Source: an uncultured Solirubrobacterales bacterium
Lineage (GTDB): Bacteria > Actinomycetota > Thermoleophilia > Solirubrobacterales > Solirubrobacteraceae
Length of the DNA: 64,000 nt
Assembly (NCBI GenBank): GCA_963715765.1
Contig: OY970270.1
Location: forward strand, 1,361,412 to 1,425,411
Direction: 5' to 3'
The notes beneath the pieces are model-generated. The model was not told where the DNA came from, ran no database searches, and saw nothing but the letters and a program-made list of their open reading frames with translations. Below are positions 7,921-16,474 of this stretch, in pieces (the stretch's first letter is position 1; the number at the start of each line of letters is the position of its first letter). A program made the translations under genes and the position numbers.

Positions 7921-8733
7921 ATGGAAACGATCGCAAAAGACACCGTGAGGATCTCGGCGGCGGAAGCCCTCAAGACGTGGCGCGAGTACCAGCGGACCGG
8001 CGATCTCAGGTTGCGCGACCAGCTGATTTTCACCTTCACGCCGATGGTGCGCTACATCGTCTATCGCAAGGTGCGCGAGGTGCCGGCCCAGTGCGACGTG
8101 GAGGACTTCCTCTCCTGCGGCCTGGAGGCGCTGATCCGCTCGATCGAGCGCTATGACCCCGAGAAGGGCGCGACGCTCGAGCAGTACGCGTGGACACGCA
8201 TCCACGGAGCAGTGCTCGACGAGCTGCGCCGCCACGACTGGGCGCCCCGCTCGCTGCGGCGCGACGAGCGCGCGATCAACCACGCGCGCGAGGAGTTTCT
8301 CGCCGCCCACGAGCGTCAACCCAGCCGCGAAGAGCTCGCGGGGATACTCGAGATGGACCTGAGCGAGCTCGTGCGACGGCTGGACGAGGTCGCACTCGCG
8401 GAGGTTGGCTCGCTCAACCGTACCGTGCGCTCGGATGAGAACGCCACGATTGAGCGGATCGACACACTGGAGAGCCTCGACACCGACAGCGACCCCACGA
8501 TCTACGCCGAGCGGCGCGAAGCCAAGCAGCGCTTCCGCGCCGCGTTCGCGCTGCTGCCGCCCGTCGAGAGCGAAGTCGCGGTGCTGCTGTACCTGGAGCA
8601 CTGGACGCTGCGCGACATCGGCGCACGGCTCGGAGTCTCCGAGAGCCGCGTGTCGCAGATCCACACCCAGCTGCGCCGGCGGTTGTACGACCGGCTCTCC
8701 GACGAGCTGGCACTGTTCAGCGCCGTCGGCTGA
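7921..8733 (+). CDS. fliA: Flagellar sigma factor FliA/WhiG (sigma-28)
   Basis: 270 aa. Region 2 is LIFTFTPMVRYIVYRKV...LEALIRSIERYDPEKGATLEQYAWTRIHGAVLDELRRHDW. Region 4 is LYLEHWTLRDIGARLGVSESRVSQIHTQL. GGAG lies 8 nt upstream of the ATG. Confidence 0.9.
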   Translation: METIAKDTVRISAAEALKTWREYQRTGDLRLRDQLIFTFTPMVRYIVYRKVREVPAQCDVEDFLSCGLEALIRSIERYDPEKGATLEQYAWTRIHGAVLDELRRHDWAPRSLRRDERAINHAREEFLAAHERQPSREELAGILEMDLSELVRRLDEVALAEVGSLNRTVRSDENATIERIDTLESLDTDSDPTIYAERREAKQRFRAAFALLPPVESEVAVLLYLEHWTLRDIGARLGVSESRVSQIHTQLRRRLYDRLSDELALFSAVG

Positions 8734-8774
8734 GCCTAAAGAATCGCCGCGTGCGGTCGAACACCGGGGACGAG

Positions 8775-9473
8775 ATGGATCTTGGCCTGTACATCGCCGC
8801 CTCCGGGATGCTCGCCGAGCAGGTCCGTCAGGACCAGCTCTCAAACGACCTGGCGAACGCCTCCACTCCGGGGTACAAGCCAGACGAATCCCCGCAGCAC
8901 AGCTTTGGCGACGTGCTGCTCGCCAACACCGAGGGCGGCACCCCGATCGGATCGGTCGACGCGGGCGTGGCGCTGGGCAAGACCTACACAAATATGACGC
9001 AGGGCTCGCTTCAGGAAACCGGCGAACCGCTCGACTTCGCGATCGCCGGCAGCGGCTTCTTCGCCCTTAAGACACCCCAGGGCGTGCGTTACACCCGCGA
9101 CGGGCAGTTCACGGCCTCCGCGCAGGGCGTGCTCACCGACGCAAACGGCGACCCGGTGCTCGACCAGGGCGGAGCGCAGATCAAAGTCGCCACGAAAGGC
9201 ACGGTGGCGCCAAGCGCGCTCGGCATCTTTGAAGTGCCGGGCGCTGTCAAGCAGGGAGAAAACCTCTACACCGGCACCTCCTCCGGCAAGCCAACCGGCA
9301 CGGTACGCCAGGGATCACTCGAGGGATCGGGCGTCGACGCGGCAAAGATCATGGTCGAAATGATCACCTCGCTGCGCAGCTTTCAGTCCGGCCAGCAGGC
9401 GATCCAGTCGATCGCCCAGACCTTGCAGGAGTCCGCCTCGCAGGTCGGCTCGCTGAGCGCGAGCGGGGACTGA
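8775..9473 (+). CDS. flgF: Flagellar basal-body rod protein, FlgF/FlgG family
   Basis: MDLGLYIAASGMLAEQVRQDQLSNDLANASTPGYKPD... with C-terminus GSLEGSGVDAAKIMVEMITSLRSFQSGQQAIQ. The start could instead be 8751. Confidence 0.8.
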   Translation: MDLGLYIAASGMLAEQVRQDQLSNDLANASTPGYKPDESPQHSFGDVLLANTEGGTPIGSVDAGVALGKTYTNMTQGSLQETGEPLDFAIAGSGFFALKTPQGVRYTRDGQFTASAQGVLTDANGDPVLDQGGAQIKVATKGTVAPSALGIFEVPGAVKQGENLYTGTSSGKPTGTVRQGSLEGSGVDAAKIMVEMITSLRSFQSGQQAIQSIAQTLQESASQVGSLSASGD

Positions 9474-10213
9474 TGCTCGAAGGTCTCTACTCGGCGGCGG
9501 CGGGCATGTCCGCCCAGCAGGAACAGCTCGATGCGATCTCGAACGACCTCGCCAACCTCTCCACCAGCGGCTACCAGTCCGAGCGCGTCGCCTTCAGCGA
9601 CCTGCTCTACAACGCAGTGGACGAGGCCGGCACCGAATCGAGCATCGGCGCGGGCGCAAGCGCCCAGGTCATCGGGCGCAGCCAGTCCCAGGGATCGATA
9701 CAGGAAACGGGCGACCCACTTGACCTCGCGATCGAAGGCGAAGGCTATTTCCAGGTGAAGAGCGCCGGCGGGCAGACGGCGCTCACCCGCGACGGCAGCT
9801 TTGGCGTCGATGCAAACGGCACGATCGTGGACGCGCAGGGCAACACGCTTGAGCCACCCATCAAGCTCCCCACCGGCGTATCGGCCGGCGATTTGAGGAT
9901 TGGGACCGATGGCGCGGTGACCGCCGGTAAGCGCACGCTCGGGCAGATCAAGCTCGTCACCGTGCCCTCGCCGGATCACCTGCTCGCCGGTGGCGACGGC
10001 ACGCTCACGCCCACCACGGGCAGCGGCTCCCCACAAGGCGTGAGCGCCAACGCCGCGAAGATCCACCAAGGCGCTTTGGAGGGCTCCAACGTGGACATGT
10101 CGAAGGAGATGGCGCTGATGGTGAGTACTCAACGCGCCTACCAGATGAGCAGCTCGGCAATCCAAACCGAGAGCCAGATGATGTCGATCGCCAACCAGCT
10201 GCGTCCGTCATGA
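9473..10213 (+). CDS. flgG: Flagellar distal rod protein FlgG
   Basis: MLEGLYSAAAGMSAQQEQLDAISNDLANLSTSGYQSERVAFSDLLY... and ALEGSNVDMSKEMALMVSTQRAYQMSSSAIQTESQMM. TGATG overlap with the upstream gene. Confidence 0.88.
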   Translation: MLEGLYSAAAGMSAQQEQLDAISNDLANLSTSGYQSERVAFSDLLYNAVDEAGTESSIGAGASAQVIGRSQSQGSIQETGDPLDLAIEGEGYFQVKSAGGQTALTRDGSFGVDANGTIVDAQGNTLEPPIKLPTGVSAGDLRIGTDGAVTAGKRTLGQIKLVTVPSPDHLLAGGDGTLTPTTGSGSPQGVSANAAKIHQGALEGSNVDMSKEMALMVSTQRAYQMSSSAIQTESQMMSIANQLRPS

Positions 10214-10629
10214 GCATCCCGCTCTCCTCGAGCCCGCCGCTTCCGAGCGGCGGCCTGCCGGTGGTCAACCAGACGCTCGAGCCCGCCTGGGTGCGAGATG
10301 GCTCCGCTGCCACCCAAAAGGCCTACCAAACCGCGCTCGCCTTCGAACAGATGTTGGTCGAACAACTCTCGCAGTCGCTCACCGCAGGCCTCGGTGGCGA
10401 AAGCGGCGAAGAAGGCGAATCTTCCGAAGGTGACTCCTCGGGCTCCAGTGCCGCGAGCGGCGCAATCTCATCGATGCTCCCGCAGGCGCTCACCAGCGGT
10501 GTGATGAATGACGGCGGACTGGGACTCGCCGCCCAGATGACCCGCCAACTGCAAGACGTGGCCGGCGCCATCCCGACGGCCACGAGCGGAAACCCCGGCG
10601 CCGTTGCGACCGGAGGCACGAGCGCATGA
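10210..10629 (+). CDS. Rod-binding protein (FlgJ N-terminal domain only, no muramidase domain)
   Basis: 139 aa. QKAYQTALAFEQMLVEQLSQSLTAG resembles the Rod_binding motif and is followed by an acidic Gly/Ser-rich tail. ATGA overlaps on both sides. Confidence 0.6.
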   Translation: MSIPLSSSPPLPSGGLPVVNQTLEPAWVRDGSAATQKAYQTALAFEQMLVEQLSQSLTAGLGGESGEEGESSEGDSSGSSAASGAISSMLPQALTSGVMNDGGLGLAAQMTRQLQDVAGAIPTATSGNPGAVATGGTSA

Positions 10630-11177
10630 GCATGACCGCGCTTGCCACGCCCGAAGGACTTGTGCAAGACCATGCGCTGGGCGCGGACGTGCTCGCGCAC
10701 CTCGACGCACAGATCGACTCGGCGCGGAAACTTCTCGAGGTTGTGCTGGAGCAAGGGGCGGCGATCCGCACACGCGACGTGCACACCGTGGTGCGCCTCG
10801 CCGGAATCCTGCGCGGAGAGATGGGCCGTCGCCAGCTGCTCGAGGAGGACCGCTCACGCCTGCTCACCCGTAGCGGTGCGCAACTGGGCATCCCGGCGGA
10901 GGCAGTGACACTCGAGCAATTGCGCACATTGATGGACCATCACGACGCGGAGCGCGCCGCCACCCTGAGCGCAGAGCTGCAAGGCCTGTTGCGAGAGCTG
11001 CAACGCGAGCACTCCTGCAACCGCTCGTTGATGCAGATCGAACTGGGCTTTCTCGACCACCTGATGGGAATCCTCGCGCTCGACGGGGTGAACGGCTACG
11101 ACACACACGGCACCTCCACGTCGATCACGCGACCGCGCCCTGGCGGCAACCTGCACGTCCTGGACCTCCGCGCTTAG
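10626..11177 (+). CDS. flgN: FlgN-like chaperone for hook-associated proteins
   Basis: 183 aa, helical. LDAQIDSARKLLEVVLEQGAAIRTRDVHTVVRLAGIL...LQREHSCNRSLMQIELGFLDHLMGIL shows the FlgN pattern. Sits directly upstream of flgK-flgL. Confidence 0.65.
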   Translation: MSMTALATPEGLVQDHALGADVLAHLDAQIDSARKLLEVVLEQGAAIRTRDVHTVVRLAGILRGEMGRRQLLEEDRSRLLTRSGAQLGIPAEAVTLEQLRTLMDHHDAERAATLSAELQGLLRELQREHSCNRSLMQIELGFLDHLMGILALDGVNGYDTHGTSTSITRPRPGGNLHVLDLRA

Positions 11178-11180
11178 AAG

Positions 11181-12494
11181 ATGTCGATCCCCACCCTGCA
11201 AGGGCTGCAAACCGCGCTCAGTGGCCTGATCGCCGAGCAGGCGGCGCTCGACGTCACCGGCAACAACATCGCCAACTCGGACACCGAAGGCTACTCGCGC
11301 GAGACCGCGGTCCTGCAGACAAACACGCCGATCACGATCCCCTCGATTTCGCCGGTCACGGGCGACGGGGCGCAGCTCGGCACCGGCGTCAGCGTCGCCA
11401 CCATCGCTCGCGTGCGCAACGTCTACCTGGACGCCCAATACCGCACGCAAAACAGCGCGCTCAGCGAAGCCAGCACCCAGTCTGAAGAGCTGGCCCAGGC
11501 CCAGGCGGCGTTCAACGAACCATCGAGCTCCGGGCTTGCCGGTCAGATATCGAAGTTCTGGAGCGCGTGGAGCGAACTTGCCAACGCACCCACAAGCGTA
11601 GCCGCCAAGGAAGCTGTGGTGGCCGCGGGCGGACAGTTGGCCAACACCTTCCACGAGCTCAGCGCGCAACTGTCGACGATCTCGACCCAGGCGGGAGAAC
11701 AGTACGCGGCTATCACCGGACCCTCAGGCGTTGTGCAAGAGGACGCCAATCAGATCGCCCAGCTCAACGGACAGATCAAGCTCGCCGAAGAGGCCGGACA
11801 GGAGCCCAACGAAATGCTCGACCGGCGCGACGAGCTGCTCGACAAGCTCTCGGGCCTCGCGCAGATCACCGTCAGCGAGCAGCCCGACGGCACGGACACG
11901 GTGAGCTTCGGCGACGCTGCGAAGCCGCTGGTGGAAGGCACCACCGTCAATTGGCCTCAGACTCTCACCGAATCCGCCGGAGGCAAGATCGGCGCGCTGC
12001 TCAGTCTCACGAGCCCAACCGGGGCGCTGAGCAACTACCAAGCGCAGCTCAACAACGTGGCGAGTGCGCTGGCTAGCAGCGTCAACGCGTTGCACACGAC
12101 CACGCCGTTCTTCTCCGGCACAACCGCGGCCACCCTCGCGGTGGCTGTCACGGCCGCCCAGGTGCAGACCTCCTCGACGGGAGACGCCGGGGGCAACGAC
12201 GTGGCCCAGGCGATCGCGGACCTGCGAGGCGGTGCGGCCGAACAAAACTACGCGGCGCTCGTGGAGCAGGTTGGCGCCGGCGTGCAAACTGCCAAGGACG
12301 AGCAGGCCAACCTGCAGACCACCGTCACCGCGATCGACAACCAGCGCCAGAGCGTCTCAGGCGTGTCGCTCGACGAAGAAATGACAAACCTCATCAGCTT
12401 CCAGCGCGGCTACCAGGCCTCGGCGCGAACGCTCACCGCGATGGACGGCATGCTCGAAACGCTGATCGAGCACACAGGCGTGGTGGGACTGTAG
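11181..12494 (+). CDS. flgK: Flagellar hook-associated protein 1 FlgK
   Basis: MSIPTLQGLQTALSGLIAEQAALDVTGNNIANSDTEGYSRE... with C-terminus VSLDEEMTNLISFQRGYQASARTLTAMDGMLETLI. Confidence 0.9.
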   Translation: MSIPTLQGLQTALSGLIAEQAALDVTGNNIANSDTEGYSRETAVLQTNTPITIPSISPVTGDGAQLGTGVSVATIARVRNVYLDAQYRTQNSALSEASTQSEELAQAQAAFNEPSSSGLAGQISKFWSAWSELANAPTSVAAKEAVVAAGGQLANTFHELSAQLSTISTQAGEQYAAITGPSGVVQEDANQIAQLNGQIKLAEEAGQEPNEMLDRRDELLDKLSGLAQITVSEQPDGTDTVSFGDAAKPLVEGTTVNWPQTLTESAGGKIGALLSLTSPTGALSNYQAQLNNVASALASSVNALHTTTPFFSGTTAATLAVAVTAAQVQTSSTGDAGGNDVAQAIADLRGGAAEQNYAALVEQVGAGVQTAKDEQANLQTTVTAIDNQRQSVSGVSLDEEMTNLISFQRGYQASARTLTAMDGMLETLIEHTGVVGL

Positions 12495-12537
12495 AGATGA
12501 GTCCCAACAGCACAGCTGGACGTGCGAGCGCCGATCG

Positions 12538-13452
12538 ATGACCGAACGCATCACCCCGGCAATGGTCACGGCCACGACGCTCAACGACATCAACTCCTCG
12601 CTGGCGAGCCTGGAGCGCACATCAGACGAACTGTCTTCCGGCAAGACGATCCTCGAACCGTCGGACAATCCCTACGGCGCCAGTCAGGTGATCGACCTGC
12701 AGAGCCAGCTCGACGGTTTGAGCTCCTACGAAACCAATGCCCAGGAAGGGATCTCGTGGGAGAACACCGCCAGCGGCGCAATGTCGAACATCTCAAACGT
12801 GCTGCAAACCGTGCGCGGGCTCTTGGTGCAGACCTCGAGCGGCACCTACAACCAGAGTGACCGCGAAAGCATCGCCACCGAGGTCGACCAGCTCACCGAA
12901 GCGGTCAAGCAGGACGCGAACACGCAGTACGCCGGGCAATACGTGTTCTCCGGCACGAAGACCACAACCGCCCCCTACCCACAGGGAGCGGAAGACACCT
13001 ACCAAGGCGACAACGGCACGATCACACGTGCGATCGGCCCCGGCGTCTCAGTCGACATCAACACCAACATCTCCACGCTGCTCGGCAACGGCCATGAAGC
13101 CGCCGACGGCAAGCTGCTCGACACGCTGCAGACGATCTCCGAACACCTACGCGGCGGCACCGCCGAAGACGTCGGCGCACTCGGCTCCAGCGACCTGAAG
13201 GACCTGGAAGCAAACATCCAGACACTCACCCAACTGCAGGCGACGGCCGGCAGTGTGACCGACCAGTTGCAAACGGCGGTCAGCCGGATCGAATCTCTGC
13301 AGGGCTCGATCACCGCGAGCCTGTCCAATACCGAGGACGCCAACATCGCCCAAACGTCGATCGCCTACGCCAATGAGCAGGCCGCCTACGAGGCGGCGCT
13401 GCGCGCCGGCGCGAGCATCATCCAAGAATCCCTGCTCCAGTTCCTGCAGTAG
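12538..13452 (+). CDS. flgL: Flagellar hook-associated protein 3 FlgL
   Basis: 304 aa. RITPAMVTATTLNDINSSLASLERTSDELSSGKTILEPSDNPYGASQVIDLQSQ is a flagellin-like N domain. Follows flgK. Confidence 0.85.
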   Translation: MTERITPAMVTATTLNDINSSLASLERTSDELSSGKTILEPSDNPYGASQVIDLQSQLDGLSSYETNAQEGISWENTASGAMSNISNVLQTVRGLLVQTSSGTYNQSDRESIATEVDQLTEAVKQDANTQYAGQYVFSGTKTTTAPYPQGAEDTYQGDNGTITRAIGPGVSVDINTNISTLLGNGHEAADGKLLDTLQTISEHLRGGTAEDVGALGSSDLKDLEANIQTLTQLQATAGSVTDQLQTAVSRIESLQGSITASLSNTEDANIAQTSIAYANEQAAYEAALRAGASIIQESLLQFLQ

Positions 13453-13473
13453 CCGGCCGACGAGAAAGCCAAC

Positions 13474-13923
13474 ATGTCTGTGACATTTCAGAGCGTCCGT
13501 TTTGGAGAGGTCGAGATCGCCGAGGAGGATGTGATCGAGTTCCCCTTCGGGCTGATCGGTCTCGGGGGCTCGCGCTATGCCCTCATCGACCGCAACCCCG
13601 GCACCGGATTCCTATGGCTGCATTCGATGGACGAGCCCGCGCTCGCGTTGCCGGTCGTGAGTCCCCAACTGTTCTTTCCCGAGTTCTCGCTGCACATGGC
13701 GCCCGAGGATTGCGAGCGGACCGGCATCGAAGAGGGGGCGGATGCAAAGCTGTATGTGACCGTGCGCGCGACGCCGAACCCGCTGGACATCACCGCCAAC
13801 CTGCGCGCCCCGCTGGTGGTCCACGAAGGCCGCGGCTATCAGGTGATCAACGCCAACCCCGAGGCCCAGCTGCAGGCGCCGCTGTTCACCGTCTCGGACA
13901 AGCCGTCGCAAATAGCTTCATAA
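13474..13923 (+). CDS. fliW: Flagellar assembly factor FliW (CsrA antagonist)
   Basis: VRFGEVEIAEEDVIEFPFGLIGLGGSRYALID...FLWLHSMDEPALALPVVSPQLFFPEFSL...ANLRAPLVVHEGRGYQVIN. Confidence 0.9.
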   Translation: MSVTFQSVRFGEVEIAEEDVIEFPFGLIGLGGSRYALIDRNPGTGFLWLHSMDEPALALPVVSPQLFFPEFSLHMAPEDCERTGIEEGADAKLYVTVRATPNPLDITANLRAPLVVHEGRGYQVINANPEAQLQAPLFTVSDKPSQIAS

Positions 13924-13932
13924 TCTCCTGCG

Positions 13933-14271
13933 ATGCTGATACTGGCGCGACGTCCGGGAGAGCGCGTCGTGATCGGCGAGAACATCGTGGTCACCGTGAT
14001 GGAGGTCAGCGGCAGCACGGTCCGCTTGGGGATCGCTGCACCGGCGGGAGTGTCGATCTACCGCGAGGAGATCTGGCTCGCGGTCGAGGAAGAGAACCGC
14101 GCAGCAGCCGCTGCCAGCGCCGACGCGCTCCCCTCGCGGACTGTAGCCGCAGAGGATGGGAACCAGACGTCCCAAGAGGAGCCATCAGAGCCTGCGACAC
14201 AAACGCCCCCCGAGTCCGTTGCGAAGGCGTCCGTCGAGGAGTCCTCCTCAGACTCCGTCGCCGAACCCTAG
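13933..14271 (+). CDS. csrA: Carbon storage regulator CsrA with a ~54-aa acidic C-terminal extension
   Basis: MLILARRPGERVVIGENIVVTVMEVSGSTVRLGIAAPAGVSIYREEIW is the CsrA core. The total is 112 aa, with the tail AASADALPSRTVAAEDGNQTSQEEPSEPATQTPPESVAKASVEESSSDSVAEP. Confidence 0.9.
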   Translation: MLILARRPGERVVIGENIVVTVMEVSGSTVRLGIAAPAGVSIYREEIWLAVEEENRAAAAASADALPSRTVAAEDGNQTSQEEPSEPATQTPPESVAKASVEESSSDSVAEP

Positions 14272-14280
14272 AGCCCTAGA

Positions 14281-14640
14281 TCAGTGTTGTCCGCCGCGTT
14301 CGTCGCGCGCGCGCACCTCACCCAGCAGCTTGCGTAGCCGCTCGCTTGCGGACGTTACGTCTCCTAGCGTGTCCGACAGCTGACGCAGCTCAGCCGCCGC
14401 CCGCGGATCCCCCGATCCAGCCAGACGCGCTATGTCACGCTCGAGCCGGCGGCGATCGACGTCTAGCGCCAGCACGTGCGCGTAGCCGTCGACGATCAGC
14501 TCGAGTAAATCCGTCACCGTGCGAGCCTCCGCCGCCCCCTCCTCGGAGAGGACGTCGATCAGCAACTCCGCTTGTCTGAGGAGATGATCAGAGCCACGCT
14601 GGGCGTGGTCCTTCTGATGGGGGGCTGGCATCGCTGGCAA
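14281..14640 (-). CDS. Hypothetical coiled-coil protein
   Basis: 119-aa ORF convergent with csrA, with high GC3 and no recognisable motif. Confidence 0.45.
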   Translation of the reverse strand: MPAMPAPHQKDHAQRGSDHLLRQAELLIDVLSEEGAAEARTVTDLLELIVDGYAHVLALDVDRRRLERDIARLAGSGDPRAAAELRQLSDTLGDVTSASERLRKLLGEVRARDERGGQH

Positions 14641-14690
14641 CGGGATACCCTGGGGGTCAAACCAGGCCGTTACACACTGAATTCAGCACG

Positions 14691-14721
14691 CCGCCCGGTC
14701 AATCGACCGGGCGGACCTTTT
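14691..14721. terminator. GC-rich hairpin (10-bp stem, 4-nt loop) followed on the plus strand by ACCTTTTC
   Basis: CCGCCCGGTC-aatc-GACCGGGCGG at 14691-14714, checked against the codons of track ORF 14572..14901. It lies about 110 nt after the stop of the minus-strand gene 14823..15689. Confidence 0.5.
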
Positions 14722-14822
14722 CACGTTCAGGCCATGAACACCGATCGGACGGCGGAGCTATCGGCCAACGCCGGCAGCGATAGGCTCACGGGATGCCACG
14801 CGACCCGTAGCGTCGAGCAAGA

Positions 14823-15689
14823 TCAGCAGTTGCCTCGAACGGAGTCCGTCAAAAGTTCGCCGAAGTATGACGGCAGCTGGTCATACCAAGTCCCGACGTA
14901 AACGTAGCCGATGTTCTGCTGCGCCAGCGAGGCACATACCGACGCGGGTTGAGGCGTGGTCAGAGCATTCGGCGCGTTGTAGATTAGGGCCGCGAAATAG
15001 CCGGCCGAGTAGCGCCGCTCCCAGCTGGCCTGCGTCCAGGATGTGTACGGATCTTCGCCTGGTGTGTTGTATGAACCCTCGAACGTGACGACAAGATCAG
15101 CGTTGTTGGCGTTGCTGCTGTCCAGCATCCAGTCTGAGCCAGGGTTGGCACCGAAATTGAACACGACCTCACCGTTGTCGCCCTCATGCGTGTGGACATA
15201 GGAGGCCAGGGCGCGATAGAAGCTCTGATTGCTGGTGGTCGTCCCCGGAACGTCGTCGGAGACCCCGTCGAAGAAGATGCCCGCTATCTCACCTGGGTAA
15301 TATGAGTACCAGGCCCTGATCTGACTCTCAATCGAGGCAATCGACGCCTGACCGCCCTCGCCATAGTCGGTCCACACGTAACCGATCACCGAAGCGCGTC
15401 CATACCTGTAGCAGTTGTTGATGACTTTTGCCCACGCGGGCACACTGGCGGCGCCCGGGCCCTGTCCTTCGGCCACGTCGGCGATGATCCACGAGCCGTT
15501 ACCGGCGCCGTTTGTCTGCGAGCACGCTTCGGTCCAGTCGGTCGGGTTGGCGTTGTCATAGAGCGGGATCAGTTGATCTTGACCGCGCGTGGCGCGTGCG
15601 GAAGCTTGAACGGGCAGAACGGCGATGCTCGCCAGCAGCGCGACACCAACGAGGCCCAATGACACTCCAAGGCGGTTCGGTCGTTGCAT
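14823..15689 (-). CDS. Secreted spherulation-specific family 4 (Spherulin-4-like) protein
   Basis: Signal peptide MQRPNRLGVSLGLVGVALLASIAVLPVQASA. Then LIPLYDNANPTDW...WIIADVAEGQGPG...VIGYVWTDYGEGG...IAGIFFDGV...GYVYVGTW. The start was chosen at the ATG preceded by GAGGAAAG; 15716 and 15758 are also possible. Confidence 0.6.
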   Translation of the reverse strand: MQRPNRLGVSLGLVGVALLASIAVLPVQASARATRGQDQLIPLYDNANPTDWTEACSQTNGAGNGSWIIADVAEGQGPGAASVPAWAKVINNCYRYGRASVIGYVWTDYGEGGQASIASIESQIRAWYSYYPGEIAGIFFDGVSDDVPGTTTSNQSFYRALASYVHTHEGDNGEVVFNFGANPGSDWMLDSSNANNADLVVTFEGSYNTPGEDPYTSWTQASWERRYSAGYFAALIYNAPNALTTPQPASVCASLAQQNIGYVYVGTWYDQLPSYFGELLTDSVRGNC

Positions 15690-15756
15690 TCTGATCGCTT
15701 TCCTCTTCAATCTCATGGGTGACGCGACACCATCACATATAAATCCCAAATTTGGC

Positions 15757-15782
15757 AATCAATCCAACTACCTGGATTGATT
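15757..15782. promoter_or_regulatory. Perfect 10-bp AT-rich inverted repeat (possible operator or terminator)
   Basis: AATCAATCCA-actacc-TGGATTGATT lies between the STAS gene stop (15849) and the Spherulin-4-like gene start. Confidence 0.4.
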
Positions 15783-15848
15783 CATTCCATTCGTCAGTCT
15801 GTGACCGGGAATGCGCGCAGTCAATAGGGCAAACGTCGCTTAATACGT

Positions 15849-16244
15849 TCAGGATCTGAACGCTGACCTGGGCGCAACCTCCATCGCCCTGTAAGCGATT
15901 CCCGCGCCGTCATTGGCTTTAGCCTGCCCACCGGTCGGGAGCGGCGCGAGCCGATCGGCCGTGTCGGTGATCTCGATCAAGCGACGCACGCAGCCGGAGG
16001 CATCGACAATGCGTATCTCATGACCCGCCCCGCGCGCGCGGGTCATCGCGTCGATCAGCATCGCCAAGCCGCAGCCATCGATGAAATCGACGTTGCCGAG
16101 ATGGACCTCAACCGCCCGACTCGTACGAGTCGCCCGTGTGAGACCCTCGCGGAAAGCGCCCACCGCCGTGAGGTCCAGTTGACCGCGCACATACAGTCCC
16201 ACGGCCCGTGGCTTGGTACTCGTGTCTGTGGCGATGTGGATCAT
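15849..16244 (-). CDS. STAS-domain anti-sigma-factor antagonist
   Basis: LYVRGQLDLTAVGAFREGLTRATRTSRAVEVHLGNVDFIDGCGLAMLIDAMTRARGAGHEIRIVDASGCVRRLIEITDT is the SpoIIAA/RsbV pattern. The start was taken at the internal ATG 16244. Confidence 0.75.
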   Translation of the reverse strand: MIHIATDTSTKPRAVGLYVRGQLDLTAVGAFREGLTRATRTSRAVEVHLGNVDFIDGCGLAMLIDAMTRARGAGHEIRIVDASGCVRRLIEITDTADRLAPLPTGGQAKANDGAGIAYRAMEVAPRSAFRS

Positions 16245-16474
16245 CAACCTCCAAATCACTTGGCGTGCGGCACTCGCCCCCAAATGGCAAAACTACCCAT
16301 TATTTAGAATCCAACCAAATGAATCGAAACGACACACATGGTTTTGAGCAACCACCCCGATACCGCAAGCAATCCTATGCACCACTCACCCAGGTGCGCA
16401 AGATCGGGGACTCATAGAACCCGCAAAATCCGCGAAAGCAAGCGGCACCTGCCGGTCACGGTAGGCTAGCGGCC

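Noticed and set aside
7726-8991. 421-aa minus-strand ORF
   Set aside because: Antisense shadow of fliA, whose sigma-70 regions 2 and 4 are unmistakable on the plus strand.
14758-14784. GCCGATAG on the minus strand upstream of ORF 14281..14640
   Set aside because: The position 15 nt upstream reads CCTA, not TAAA, so I do not call it a FliA promoter.
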